Assembly: GCA_963806855.1 (NCBI GenBank)
Contig: CAWDYW010000003.1
Location: 128,001 to 192,000, forward strand
Source: an uncultured Verrucomicrobiae bacterium
GTDB lineage: Bacteria; Chlamydiota; Chlamydiia; Chlamydiales; Rhabdochlamydiaceae
Length of the DNA: 64,000 nt
Direction of reading: 5' to 3'
A model generated the notes under the pieces. It was not told the origin of the DNA. It was given only the letters and a program-made list of their open reading frames with translations, and did no database searches. Shown here piece after piece: positions 26,092 through 36,679 of this stretch. The position numbers and the translations under genes are program-made. Every line of letters starts with the position of its first letter. Positions within the stretch are counted from its first letter, which is position 1.

Positions 26092-27000
26092 ATGGGTAAA
26101 ACTGTTCAGTGGTTTATTGGTCTAAGTTCTATCGTTGGGTCTGTCTACGCAGATGAATGTGACATGACTCCGATTTTTTACGAGTCTTGCCTCCCTGTTG
26201 GGGTCGATTTGTCGATCGGGCTCGATGATTTTCGAGGGATCTACTCTGGAAGTTGGCAGAATTCTTATGGTGCGCTCGTAGCTCTCAATGTGTCGGTCCC
26301 CTTTACTTGCTCTTTTTCGGGACAGCTCGGCGGCAGCTATGGGGTCTATGAGTGGGCCGGAAGAGGCTCAACCCCTTTCAAGAACTCCAAGTCGGTGCAG
26401 CAGCAAGGGTTTATTACAGTCGCAGCCACCTGGCAGACCATTTGCTGCTCAGGATTGAATGCTGGACTCGCTTACGATTGGATGCTCAATAAAAACTTCG
26501 GCATGTTTGCTGTGAATCCCTTTTTTGATCAGATCAGAGGGCAAATTGGGTATCTATTCTGCGGCAGCGACGAGCTCGGCTTTTGGGGCACTTATGGCAT
26601 TTGCAAATCACATAAGAAATCGCAGAATATTCCTCTAAAATTTAAGGGGATTAGCCAGGTCAATCTGTTTTGGACCCATTATTTTGATTCTAATGCGTAT
26701 ACGATGGTGTGGATTGGAACTCCCTATCAGCGGGGCTTGCACTATGGATCAGGCCGTGCGGGTCGTTTGATATTTGGAGTTCAGTTTGCGGCTCCGATTG
26801 CCTGTTCCTGGAGCATCGAGGGCCACGGATCTTACATGTTCGCACGCCATGATGCAGGGGTGATTCCCTCGCGCAACTACGGGGCCAATCTTTATTTCGC
26901 GCTGACCTATTCGTTTGGGAAAACACGCATCGCAAAGAATCCCTATATGACGATCGGCAGCAACAGCAATTTCATGGCCGACACGAATCAGAATTTTTAG
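26092..27000 (+). CDS. Exported protein, probable outer-membrane beta-barrel
   Basis: GGAGG RBS, signal peptide, aromatic/Gly-rich amphipathic strands and a terminal Phe. Confidence 0.65.
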   Translation: MGKTVQWFIGLSSIVGSVYADECDMTPIFYESCLPVGVDLSIGLDDFRGIYSGSWQNSYGALVALNVSVPFTCSFSGQLGGSYGVYEWAGRGSTPFKNSKSVQQQGFITVAATWQTICCSGLNAGLAYDWMLNKNFGMFAVNPFFDQIRGQIGYLFCGSDELGFWGTYGICKSHKKSQNIPLKFKGISQVNLFWTHYFDSNAYTMVWIGTPYQRGLHYGSGRAGRLIFGVQFAAPIACSWSIEGHGSYMFARHDAGVIPSRNYGANLYFALTYSFGKTRIAKNPYMTIGSNSNFMADTNQNF

Positions 27001-28121
27001 GCTCTGATATAGTTTTGGGCGCGTTTGCACAATGCATGTTTGACGGTCGTGTCGGGCCTCCAACGGAGCGTCATTTGTCCCGGAATTCCTCGGGGATCTT
27101 TGTACGAGAGATCAAATTTGACGGTTGAAAGTGGCAAGTCGGAGTCGAGCTTTTCACCATGAATCTGTATAAATTGTTCTATTCTCTTGCCCTCGGTAAG
27201 GATGCCCAAATCGCATTCTGAGTGACCATTGCGGGCAACGCTTAAGGCGCGATTAACGGACCAAGTGCCTGCCTTCAATTGCGTTGTCGAGAGCTTGATG
27301 TCGCTATATTGGGCAATTACGTGATTATAAATTTGTGAAATGGCAGTCACAATTGTATGCGTGCCTTTGGTTGTATCTAAGTATTTATTTGGAGCAATAG
27401 TTTGTAAAGTTGCCTCTTTATACTCCCCAATACCAATGGCAAACAATTGAGCATTCACAGCTGCGAGTTTTGTAAGAATAGGTGAAACTTGAGCAGGAAC
27501 TACATTGCATTCTCCATCGGTTAAGAGGATCATGATATGGGTTGCTTTTTGATTTACTTTTGCCATGGTCTGAAGTTGATTCGTCGCTTCTTCTAGACCG
27601 GCTAGGATACTCGTACCGCCAGAAGATTTATAGCATTCCAATTCTTTTTTGATTTCGTCAAAGGATTTAATATTCTTTGGTGTAGAGATTGTCAAAGCAG
27701 TCGAAGCGAAACCAACGATCGCGATATTAAAGTTTGCCCCATGTTCAGCTCGGAGCTTAGCGTCGGTCAAAACCTTTAATACTCCCTCCTTTACTTGGTT
27801 TTCACGATCGCCTTCCATGCTCCCGCTTCTATCAATGCAAAAGGTGATGGTGACGTCTGGTGGGAGTGCTTTTCCAGCAGGTGATTCGAGGGTCAGGCCT
27901 GCAATAAATCCCGTTGTTTCAAATGTCACGTTAGGTTTTTGGGCGACTGGTTTTCGCATACATCTTAAGGCCAGTAAGGAGATCACTCCAACAGCAAGGC
28001 TGCCGACTAGCACTTCTTTATTATTCCAGAGGAACGTTTTGGTTGGTTCATTAATCCAAGAAAGATATTTGCGGTAATCAGTCCAAGCGTAGGTTTCAGT
28101 TTCCCAAAATTTCAGGTTCAT
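26997..28121 (-). CDS. von Willebrand factor A domain protein with N-terminal TM anchor
   Basis: MIDAS motif DRSGSM, GGTSI and LLTDG. Confidence 0.88.
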   Translation of the reverse strand: MNLKFWETETYAWTDYRKYLSWINEPTKTFLWNNKEVLVGSLAVGVISLLALRCMRKPVAQKPNVTFETTGFIAGLTLESPAGKALPPDVTITFCIDRSGSMEGDRENQVKEGVLKVLTDAKLRAEHGANFNIAIVGFASTALTISTPKNIKSFDEIKKELECYKSSGGTSILAGLEEATNQLQTMAKVNQKATHIMILLTDGECNVVPAQVSPILTKLAAVNAQLFAIGIGEYKEATLQTIAPNKYLDTTKGTHTIVTAISQIYNHVIAQYSDIKLSTTQLKAGTWSVNRALSVARNGHSECDLGILTEGKRIEQFIQIHGEKLDSDLPLSTVKFDLSYKDPRGIPGQMTLRWRPDTTVKHALCKRAQNYIRA

Positions 28122-28175
28122 TGTCGGTCTCTCCAGTAATTGAGTAGACAAGATATTGCTATTGGGAGAATTAAT

Positions 28176-28607
28176 TCAAGCTTTTTTCCGAATGAGTGTC
28201 GTCAGGCGGCAAATGCTGACGAGATCGCCGCTTTCATTGACGTTCTTGATCTCCCAAACGTGGAGTGTTCGTCCAAGTCGAATGGGGGTAGCAGTACCAA
28301 CAATGTAGCCTTCACTGACGGCTTTGAGATGGCTGATGTTGAGTTCAATGCCGACTGTGAATTGGCTATCACTTTCCAACATGAGGTAGGAGGCGATCGA
28401 CCCAACCGTTTCGGCCAGTGCAGCTGCGGCTCCTCCATGAAGAATGCCATCGATTTGTTTTGTCCGGTCGTCCACGGGCATTTTAATGCTGAGGCTATTG
28501 GGGGTGATCTCGACAAACTCCATGCCTAGATGGCTCAATAAAGTAGAGGGCTTGCTTACTAATTGCTTCAGCTCTTCTAGCTTAATTTTTTTTGCCCAGA
28601 TAGTCAT
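28176..28607 (-). CDS. PaaI/MenI-like hot-dog thioesterase
   Basis: QIDGILHGGAAAALAETVGS and VGIELNISHL. Confidence 0.9.
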   Translation of the reverse strand: MTIWAKKIKLEELKQLVSKPSTLLSHLGMEFVEITPNSLSIKMPVDDRTKQIDGILHGGAAAALAETVGSIASYLMLESDSQFTVGIELNISHLKAVSEGYIVGTATPIRLGRTLHVWEIKNVNESGDLVSICRLTTLIRKKA

Positions 28608-28662
28608 GACGATAGGATATTGCAAGGAGGCGAAAAATGCAACATGTGCTAAGGTCGACCAT

Positions 28663-29559
28663 ATGAACAGTGAAATACTTAAGTTAGATGGGATGGATTT
28701 TGAGGTCCTGACCTGTGGGAATCAGCAGAGCGATCAGTTGGCTCTGTTTTTGCATGGGTTTCCTGAGAGCGCTTATGAGTGGAGACATCTCATGCCGCTT
28801 CTGGCTGAAATGGGATACAAGTGTTGGGCGCCTAATCTGCGCGGCTATGGTAAATCGTATAGCCCATCAAATGCTTCTGAGTATAATCCCGACCTATTGA
28901 TGGATGATGTGGCCCGCTTTGTCAAGGCAGCGAATTGTAAAACGGTCACGTTGATCACGCATGACTGGGGCGCTGCGGTGGCTTGGAATTATGCGATTTG
29001 TAAGCGGGGTCCGCTGGATCGATTGGTCATCATGAATGTGCCGCACCCGTTTATTGCGCAGCGGGAATTTACAAAATGGGCGCAGTTGAAAAGATCGTGG
29101 TATATGTTTTTTTTCCAGCTCCCGCTACTTCCCGAGTATCTGCTAACGAGAAATAATGGGGCCTATTTTGTTCGCTTACTGAAATCTGCTTTCTATCGAA
29201 AAGAGAAATTGAAGCCGGAGGATATCGAGGTTTATCGTCTCAATGCGCTCAGGCCTGGGGGGATGAGGGCGATGATCAATTGGTATCGGGCTTTTTTCCG
29301 CAGGTTGCCCGCTTTGCGAAAAGAGCTTAAGACCCACTCCAAGCAAAAGCTGCAAGTGCCGACGTTGATGATTTGGGGCGAGCGGGATGTGGCTTTGGGG
29401 ATTGGGATGAGTCAGGGAACTGAGAAATATGTGGAAAAATTGACGCTCTGGTATCTGCCCGAGAGCGGCCATTTTGTCGCTGAAGAGGACCCTGAAGAGG
29501 TTGCTCGAATCTTGAAAGAGTGGCTAGAAGGATTCTCTATTCAGAAAAAGGTTTCATAA
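28663..29559 (+). CDS. Epoxide hydrolase-like alpha/beta hydrolase
   Basis: LHGFPE, HDWG nucleophile, SWYMFFFQ and GHFV. Confidence 0.9.
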   Translation: MNSEILKLDGMDFEVLTCGNQQSDQLALFLHGFPESAYEWRHLMPLLAEMGYKCWAPNLRGYGKSYSPSNASEYNPDLLMDDVARFVKAANCKTVTLITHDWGAAVAWNYAICKRGPLDRLVIMNVPHPFIAQREFTKWAQLKRSWYMFFFQLPLLPEYLLTRNNGAYFVRLLKSAFYRKEKLKPEDIEVYRLNALRPGGMRAMINWYRAFFRRLPALRKELKTHSKQKLQVPTLMIWGERDVALGIGMSQGTEKYVEKLTLWYLPESGHFVAEEDPEEVARILKEWLEGFSIQKKVS

Positions 29560-31372
29560 TTCCTTTTTCGAGCCATTTCATCTCGCCGTCGAGTACTTTT
29601 TTGGCCAGCGCATTCAATTGTTTGTCGTCGTTGTCGACCAGCGCGCGGAATTTCTCTGCGATGCGGCGGCGGGACATGATCGCAAAGTAGTCGGCAAGTT
29701 CAATTGGCGTCCGATCGGAGGGGTTGTTTTTGTAGAGGGTGGCGGCATGGGAGACGGTAGCGGCGATGACGAAGAGTTCGGTCCCCGCTTCGATTAATCT
29801 GCCGATCAGCAGTTGCTTATCTTGGATCTTTTCTCTATAGCGGCCTAGGGTGTAGAAGAGTTTTCGGGCGAGGATGTGGCTGGTCCGCTGAACATATTGG
29901 AAGTGCTTGGCGAGGGGGCCGAGATCGGAATACGATTTTGTCAGAAAGGTGCCGAAGAGCTGCTCAGGAATCCATTTCATGTAAAAGGCGATTGTCTTTG
30001 GACCAAACGCCATGACCTTTTTTAGATGGGGATCGGCCGCTTCTCGGGCTAAAAACAGGCGCATGATCTCGGAAGAGCCTTCGAAGATGGTGTTGATCCG
30101 GACATCGCGCATGATCTGCTCGACGGGGTAGGGGGGCTCGCCACGCTTTTTTAGCGATCGAGCTGTTTCAAAGCCGCGGCCGCCTCTGAGCTGTAGGGTG
30201 AGATCGACGATTCTCCAGAGCGCCTCGGTGCAGAAGAGTTTAGCCATCGCCCCTTCGATGCGGATGTCGACTTTCCCTTCATCTTGCCAGTGGCTGGTGA
30301 GGAGGGCGACCGATTCCATGGCAAAGGTGGTGGCGGCGATGTAGGCGATTTTTAGGCGCCCCTCTTCGTGAAGTCCAACAGGTTGTCCCCACTGAATGCG
30401 CGATTTGCCCCAGATCCTGGCGATCGAGAGGAGGAGTTTTGCCGCTCCGGTACAGCCTGCGGGGACGGTGAGCCTTCCGACGTTGATGGTCCCAAGGGCA
30501 ATGGCGAGCCCGCGGCCCTCGTCTCCGATCCGATTTTCGACGGGGATCTTCACGTTAGTGAACTTGAGGGCGCCGTTGTACATGCCATGGAGCCCCATGA
30601 ATTCGCACCGGTGGGTCACTTCGACCCCAGGGGTATCCATCTCCAGGATGAAGGCGCTGATCTGCTTTCGCTCTTTGCCTTTGACGATTTTAGGGGCGGT
30701 TTTCGCCAAGACGACGATCACACTGGCGATCGGGCCGTTGGTGCACCAGAGTTTGGAGCCATTGAGGATGTAATGTTTTCCGTCTTCGGAGAGTTTTGCC
30801 TCGCAAGCCATGCGGGCAGGATCGGAGCCGACGTCGGTTTCGGTGAGGGCAAATCCTGATATTTGTCCTTGAACAAAGCGGGGGTAATATTTCTTCTTTT
30901 GCTCTTCGGTCCCGTACATCTTGAGGGGCTGTGGAACGCCGATCGATTGGTGGGCGGAGAGGAGCACGCCGGTCCCTGAATCAAAGGTGGCGACGGCCAT
31001 TGCGACCCGGTTATAGTTTGTTTGCGAGAGGCCCACCCCCCCGTATTCTTTGGGGATCTTGAGGGCAAAAGCCCCTAATTTCGCCAGCCCTTGGATGTAC
31101 TCTTTTGGCAGCTCGCCAGTTCGATCCACTTCGAGGGGATCGAGATTTTTGGTGATATAATCGGTCAGCTTGGCGATATATTCGTCGCCGATTTTCTTAT
31201 CTTCGGGGTCTTGGCTGGGGAAGGGAAAGAGCATATCAGAGCGGAAAGTGCCCATAAAAAGCTGGGAGCCGAAACTGGGATGTTTGATCTCTTCGCGCGC
31301 CTCTTCGGTGACTTCGAGTGCGGAGCGGACCTTTTCTGAGCCCATCTTTGTAACGAGATTTTCATCTTTCAT
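29537..31372 (-). CDS. fadE: Long/very-long-chain acyl-CoA dehydrogenase
   Basis: FALTETDVGSD, NGSKLWCTNG, GGRGF and RDVRINTIFEGSSEI. Confidence 0.92.
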   Translation of the reverse strand: MKDENLVTKMGSEKVRSALEVTEEAREEIKHPSFGSQLFMGTFRSDMLFPFPSQDPEDKKIGDEYIAKLTDYITKNLDPLEVDRTGELPKEYIQGLAKLGAFALKIPKEYGGVGLSQTNYNRVAMAVATFDSGTGVLLSAHQSIGVPQPLKMYGTEEQKKKYYPRFVQGQISGFALTETDVGSDPARMACEAKLSEDGKHYILNGSKLWCTNGPIASVIVVLAKTAPKIVKGKERKQISAFILEMDTPGVEVTHRCEFMGLHGMYNGALKFTNVKIPVENRIGDEGRGLAIALGTINVGRLTVPAGCTGAAKLLLSIARIWGKSRIQWGQPVGLHEEGRLKIAYIAATTFAMESVALLTSHWQDEGKVDIRIEGAMAKLFCTEALWRIVDLTLQLRGGRGFETARSLKKRGEPPYPVEQIMRDVRINTIFEGSSEIMRLFLAREAADPHLKKVMAFGPKTIAFYMKWIPEQLFGTFLTKSYSDLGPLAKHFQYVQRTSHILARKLFYTLGRYREKIQDKQLLIGRLIEAGTELFVIAATVSHAATLYKNNPSDRTPIELADYFAIMSRRRIAEKFRALVDNDDKQLNALAKKVLDGEMKWLEKGIMKPFSE

Positions 31373-31438
31373 ATTTTCACTAATTAGATCAATTTCGCAA
31401 TATTTACAAATATAAAAGGTTTATGTAACGTGCGGATA

Positions 31439-33205
31439 ATGGAAAAAACACGAAATATCTCTGAATTTCTTAGGCTGATCGAGAGGGATTATCATGCGAA
31501 CAAAGCTATTGCTGAAAAGGGGCCGCACGGATGGGTCTATTTAAGCCATAAAGAGCTGCTGAGTGAAGTCAAGGCCATGACCCTCTATCTTCACAGTATC
31601 GGGATCAAAAAAGGGGACATGGTGGGGATCATGGCCATTTCGGGGATCCGCTGGGTGGTTGCCGACCTGGCGATCATGGCTTGTGGCGCGATCACCGTCC
31701 CTCTTTTTGCCAATATTTCCAGTGAGAACTTTCTCTTCGAGTGTGAGCAGACCAATTTAAAAACATTGTTTGTTTTAGGGGCAGAACCTTGGCAGATGTA
31801 TGCTAAGCACAAAGACCGTTTTGAGAGAGTCATCGCCCTCGATACTCCTCCGCCTGAAGAAAAAGCGGAAGTCTTTGAAAAGGCGATCGAAATTGGACTT
31901 AAAGCTAGCAATAAAAATCCAAAGCTATTCGATGAACTTCTCGATCAGGTCAGAGAAAATGATTTGGCGACCATCATCTACACGAGCAGCTCGACTGGGA
32001 TTCCTAAAGGGGTGATGCTGACCCACAAAAACATCTTATTCGCCGGATTTACCAATTTACTAGAATTATCAGAGTCTGACCGGTATTTAAGTGTTCTTCC
32101 CCTTGCCCACGTTTATCAAAGGATCATCACTTTATGGCTCTTACGATGGAATGTTGGGATCTATTTCTCGAATGACCCCAAAAATATCAATGCAGTTCTA
32201 CATGAAATCAAACCGACCGTCACCTCATTTGTTCCCCGTATCGTTGAAAAGATCTACATTAAAATCATCAGCGAGCTTGAGAAAGAGGGCTTTTTGAAGC
32301 GCTCGATTGGCCACTTTGCTTTCGATATCGCCCTCGACCCCGATTTTGAACACCGGTTATTTCATCATTTGGCCAACAAGGTCGTCTATCAAAAGGTCAG
32401 AGATGCCTTTGGTGGTCATTTAAAGGCTATCATATGCGGCTCGGCTGCGCTGAGTCCGATGCTCGTCCGCTTTTTCCATCATATTGGGATCCCCATTTTA
32501 GAAGGATATGGGATGACTGAAATGATGGTCATTTCGGTCAATACGTTAAAGAAATGCAAAATGGGGACCGTGGGCCTTCCTTGCCCAGAGGTGGAGATCA
32601 AGATCTCTGCTGAAGGGGAAATTCTTATCCGAGCAGGAGGGGTGATGCAGGGCTATTATAAAAATCCAGAAGCTACAAAAGTTGCTCTGGATCAAAATGG
32701 TTGGCTGCATACTGGCGACAAAGGGAAAATCGACGCCGATGGATATCTGACTATCCTGGGCCGTACGGATGAGATCGTCAAGACCTCTACAGGCGAGTGG
32801 ATCGCCCTGGTTCCACTTGAAAAAGAGCTCTGCAAAGCCCCGTTTGTCGATTATGCGCTGGTGATCGCTGAACATGAGAAATTTGTCTCGGCACTGATCT
32901 TCCCTAATTTCGATGTGGTGCACGCCCTGAAGGTGTCCCAAAATATGGGTCAAATAACCGACGAAGAGTATCTAAAAGGGGCCTATATCAAACGGGAAAT
33001 GGATAGGCTAATCGACTCCATAAATGCCCACCACAATCACTGGGAGCAGATCCATGCCTACCGTTTCGTATTGACTCCGCCTTCGATTGAAGGAGGGGAA
33101 ATCACGCCGACCTTTAAACTCCGCCGGGAAAATCTCGTCCACAAATACAAAGAGCTGATCGAAAGTATGTATCCGGAAGATCCATCAAAAAGGGTAAACG
33201 AATAA
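31439..33205 (+). CDS. fadD: Long-chain fatty acyl-CoA synthetase
   Basis: YTSSSTGIPKGVMLTH, EGYGMTE, GWLHTGD and TPTFKLRR. Confidence 0.92.
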   Translation: MEKTRNISEFLRLIERDYHANKAIAEKGPHGWVYLSHKELLSEVKAMTLYLHSIGIKKGDMVGIMAISGIRWVVADLAIMACGAITVPLFANISSENFLFECEQTNLKTLFVLGAEPWQMYAKHKDRFERVIALDTPPPEEKAEVFEKAIEIGLKASNKNPKLFDELLDQVRENDLATIIYTSSSTGIPKGVMLTHKNILFAGFTNLLELSESDRYLSVLPLAHVYQRIITLWLLRWNVGIYFSNDPKNINAVLHEIKPTVTSFVPRIVEKIYIKIISELEKEGFLKRSIGHFAFDIALDPDFEHRLFHHLANKVVYQKVRDAFGGHLKAIICGSAALSPMLVRFFHHIGIPILEGYGMTEMMVISVNTLKKCKMGTVGLPCPEVEIKISAEGEILIRAGGVMQGYYKNPEATKVALDQNGWLHTGDKGKIDADGYLTILGRTDEIVKTSTGEWIALVPLEKELCKAPFVDYALVIAEHEKFVSALIFPNFDVVHALKVSQNMGQITDEEYLKGAYIKREMDRLIDSINAHHNHWEQIHAYRFVLTPPSIEGGEITPTFKLRRENLVHKYKELIESMYPEDPSKRVNE

Positions 33206-34479
33206 TGAGCGAGCGAGTTGCAATTGTCCAAGGAATCCGAACTCCTTTTTGTAAGGCTGGAGGAAAGTTCCAAGATATTCCCGTTGATGAATTAGGGGCG
33301 ATTGTTGTCCGCGAGCTGCTCGAACGCTCGGCGGTCAAAAAAGAGGAAGTCGACGAACTGATCTTCGGCAATGTGATATCGAGCATCGGAAATCCTGCCC
33401 GTGTGATCGCTGTCAAAGGGGGCCTTCCGGTCACTTGCCCCGCCTTCACTATCAGCCGCAACTGCGCCTCGGGGATGGAGGCGGTCGTCACAGCTGCCAA
33501 CCAGATTGCTCTTGGAAAATCGAAGATCATCTTTGCCGGCGGAGCAGAATCGATGAGCCATTATCCGATCGCTTTCCCCGATTCGATTAAGAAATTTTTA
33601 GGTGCGCTCTCCAAAGCTAAAACTTTTCCCCAAAAGCTCAAGGCGCTCATGCTGTTTCGCCCTTCGATGTTTAAGCCTGTGATTCCACAACTCGATGACC
33701 CGCTCTGCAACCTCGTCATGGGGCAAACCGCAGAGATCATCGCGCGAGATTTCAAGGTGACCCGTCAAGAGACCGATGCCTATGCACTGCTGAGCCAAAC
33801 GCGAGCGAATGCGGCGATTAAGCGGGGGCGCTTTGCAGAGGAGATCGTTCCAGTGCCTCTGCCTCCCCGCTATGATCATATGCAACTCAATGATGATGGT
33901 CCGCGTGAAAATCAATCGATGGAAATCCTTGGCGCCCTCAAACCCATCTTCGAGCCAATGACCGGGGAAGTGACAGCTGGAAACTCGAGCCAAGTGACCG
34001 ATGGAGCTGTCTGCCTGCTGCTGATGAGCGAAGAGGAGGCGAAAAAGAGAAATATCCCGGTCCTCGGCTACATACGTGCTTCAGCTAGCGCTGCTCTCGA
34101 CCCCTCCCGAATGGGGCTTGGTCCGGTTTACGCCACATACAAAGTGCTAAAGGAGGCCAATCTGACCCTCGATCAGATCGACCTCATCGAGATCAATGAA
34201 GCATTTGCCGCGCAAATCGTCGCTCTTGAAAAAGCCTTTCAATCCGCTGAATTTTGCAAAAGGGAGCTTGGAATCGATCATCCGCTGGGCAAAATTGATC
34301 GAGAAAAACTCAATGTCAATGGGGGGGCGGTTGCTTTGGGTCACCCAGTTGGAGCCTCTGGAGCTAGAATCATCCACACACTGCTTTTAGAACTGAAGGC
34401 GAGAAAGAAAAAGTTGGGACTCGCTACCCTTTGCGTCGGCGGGGGACAGGGTGAGGCTGTGATTGTGGAGGCGGAATGA
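33205..34479 (+). CDS. fadI: 3-ketoacyl-CoA thiolase (FadI/FadA)
   Basis: NCASG, EINEAFA, GHPVGASG and CVGGGQG. Confidence 0.92.
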   Translation: MSERVAIVQGIRTPFCKAGGKFQDIPVDELGAIVVRELLERSAVKKEEVDELIFGNVISSIGNPARVIAVKGGLPVTCPAFTISRNCASGMEAVVTAANQIALGKSKIIFAGGAESMSHYPIAFPDSIKKFLGALSKAKTFPQKLKALMLFRPSMFKPVIPQLDDPLCNLVMGQTAEIIARDFKVTRQETDAYALLSQTRANAAIKRGRFAEEIVPVPLPPRYDHMQLNDDGPRENQSMEILGALKPIFEPMTGEVTAGNSSQVTDGAVCLLLMSEEEAKKRNIPVLGYIRASASAALDPSRMGLGPVYATYKVLKEANLTLDQIDLIEINEAFAAQIVALEKAFQSAEFCKRELGIDHPLGKIDREKLNVNGGAVALGHPVGASGARIIHTLLLELKARKKKLGLATLCVGGGQGEAVIVEAE

Positions 34480-34546
34480 ACGCAAAGACGCAAAAAAATT
34501 TTTTCTTTTTTCTTGCGTCTTTGCGCCTTTGCGTCTTTGCGTTGAA
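34479..34546. repeat. Hairpin built from CGCAAAGR octamer tandem repeats
   Basis: AACGCAAAGACGCAAA ... TTGCGTCTTTGCGCCTTTGCGTCTTTGCGTTGAA; an inverted relative lies at 47388-47464. Confidence 0.85.
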
Positions 34547-34569
34547 AAAACGGATAGGGAATTAAGCTT

Positions 34570-36675
34570 ATGACCTCGGCATTTCAATTTTCTATCGATA
34601 ACGAGGGGATCGGCAAAGTCCTTTTTGATATCCCCGGCGAAAAAGTGAATACACTCAATCGTGAGGTGCTCAAGCAGTTTGATCAATTGATCGTCATGCT
34701 AAAGGAGCGGAAGGATATAAAAGCTCTTTTGTTCACCTCGGAAAAGATCATCGCCGGGGCTGATTTAAACGAGTTTATCGCTGCTTTTAAAAACCCTGCG
34801 GTGGCTAAAGAACTTTTAACCCAGGCGCGCGAAAGCTGTTTGCAGTTGCGCTCGCTGCCCTTCCCCACGATATTCCTGATTCATGGATTATGCGTAGGCG
34901 GAGGCCTCGAGATGACGCTTCTATGCGATTACAGGATCGTCGCCGATGATCCTAAAACATCGATCTCATTTCCTGAGACCTCGCTTGGCATTTTTCCCGG
35001 CTGGGGTGGAACTCAAACAGCGCCGCGCCTCATTGGGCTGACCAAGGCAACCGAGATGATTGTTTCGGGTAAGGCCTTAACGGGTATGCAAGCCTATAAA
35101 TGCCATCTAGCCGATGCGATAGCGGCACCAGAATTTTTAGAGGAGAAGGGGAAGGAATTTGCCCGAATGATTCTCACTGAAGAGGGAAGGAAAAAGGTCT
35201 TGGCTCGCCGAAAAAAATGGCCGCTTTTGGAAAGAAACCCGGTTGGCAGAGCGTTTATCTTCTCGCAGTTTCGAAAAGCAATCTTGAAAAAGACCAAAGG
35301 ATTCTACCCCGCTCCTCTGATCGCCTTAGATGTGATCAAGAAGACGTGCACTCTCCCGCTTGAGCAAGGTCTCAAAATCGAAGCAGAAGCTTTTAATCAA
35401 CTTTTACAAGGCGATGTCACTATCCCTTACTATCTCGTCTCGATCTTTTTTGGGCGTGAAAAGCTGAAGAAAAAAGGGGGCTACACCGGAGAGCTTCCGA
35501 AGGTTGCACCTGTCTTGAATGCGGCTGTTTTAGGCGCGGGCACGATGGGCGGAGGAATCGCTTATTTGTTCTCCAATGCCAAAATCCCTGTCAGGATGAA
35601 AGATATCAATTGGGAGTTTATTGGGAAAGGGACCCGCACGATCTGGGAGCTCTTTCACAAAGCGGTCAGCCGTAAGAAATTGAAACAGGGCGAGGGAGAA
35701 ATACGGCTGCACTATAGCTCCTGGACTCTGGATTATAGCGGCTTTGAGAAAAAGGATTTTGTCCTTGAGGCAGTCGTCGAAAAGACCGAGATCAAACACC
35801 AAGTCTACAAGGAAGTAGAGCAAAAGGTTGGAAAAGAGGCGATCATCGCGACAAATACCTCTTCTCTGACAGTCAAGGAGCTGTGTAGCAAAATGGAGCA
35901 TCCCGAGCGGTTTATCGGCATGCATTTCTTCAACCCTGCTCCAGTGATGCCCCTTGTCGAAATTGTCAAAGGTCCTAAAACAACAGATGAAGCGCTCGCC
36001 AAAACGATCGATCTGGCCAAAAAAATGGGCAAAGTCCCTCTTGTCGTCAAGGATTGCAATGGCTTTTTGGTAAACCGGATCCTGATCGCGGGATCGAATG
36101 AGGCCTTTCATTTGATTGATGAGGGAGCATCCGCTCTGGAGGTTGACCGAGCGAGCCTTGCTTTCGGGCTGCCGATGGGCCTGGGTGAACTCATCGATTT
36201 AACTGGTATCGATGTCGCGTACCATATAGGCCATATCTTTCATGAGGCCTATGGAGAGAGAATGGCCATGTCGCCGCTTATTAAAACCTTATACGAGGCA
36301 AAGTGCTTCGGGCAAAAAACCGGAAAGGGATTTTATATCTACAATGGAAAATCGAAGAAGGTCAATCCGATGATCCCAGTTAAAACAGGGGGAGATCTGA
36401 ATTTTGAGAGGGTTATCTTAAGTATGATCAATGAGGCCTCCCGCTGTCTCGAGGAGCAGATTGTGACAGAGCCAGAATATGTGGATCTTGCTCTAGTTCT
36501 AGGAGCGGGATTTCCTCCATTCCGAGGCGGGCTGCTAAGGTATGCCGACAAATTGGGGCTAAAAACCGTCTATGAGAAACTCAAAAGCCTTGAATCGGTC
36601 TCGGCGGCCCGTTTCAAACCGACTCAAATGATTGAGAAAATGGCCAAAGACAGCCAAACCTTCTACAAGGCTTAA
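34570..36675 (+). CDS. fadJ: Fatty acid oxidation complex alpha subunit (enoyl-CoA hydratase/3-hydroxyacyl-CoA dehydrogenase)
   Basis: GGGLEM, PETSLGIFPGWGGT, GAGTMGGG, TNTSSL and GMHFFNP. Confidence 0.93.
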   Translation: MTSAFQFSIDNEGIGKVLFDIPGEKVNTLNREVLKQFDQLIVMLKERKDIKALLFTSEKIIAGADLNEFIAAFKNPAVAKELLTQARESCLQLRSLPFPTIFLIHGLCVGGGLEMTLLCDYRIVADDPKTSISFPETSLGIFPGWGGTQTAPRLIGLTKATEMIVSGKALTGMQAYKCHLADAIAAPEFLEEKGKEFARMILTEEGRKKVLARRKKWPLLERNPVGRAFIFSQFRKAILKKTKGFYPAPLIALDVIKKTCTLPLEQGLKIEAEAFNQLLQGDVTIPYYLVSIFFGREKLKKKGGYTGELPKVAPVLNAAVLGAGTMGGGIAYLFSNAKIPVRMKDINWEFIGKGTRTIWELFHKAVSRKKLKQGEGEIRLHYSSWTLDYSGFEKKDFVLEAVVEKTEIKHQVYKEVEQKVGKEAIIATNTSSLTVKELCSKMEHPERFIGMHFFNPAPVMPLVEIVKGPKTTDEALAKTIDLAKKMGKVPLVVKDCNGFLVNRILIAGSNEAFHLIDEGASALEVDRASLAFGLPMGLGELIDLTGIDVAYHIGHIFHEAYGERMAMSPLIKTLYEAKCFGQKTGKGFYIYNGKSKKVNPMIPVKTGGDLNFERVILSMINEASRCLEEQIVTEPEYVDLALVLGAGFPPFRGGLLRYADKLGLKTVYEKLKSLESVSAARFKPTQMIEKMAKDSQTFYKA

Positions 36676-36679
36676 GAGC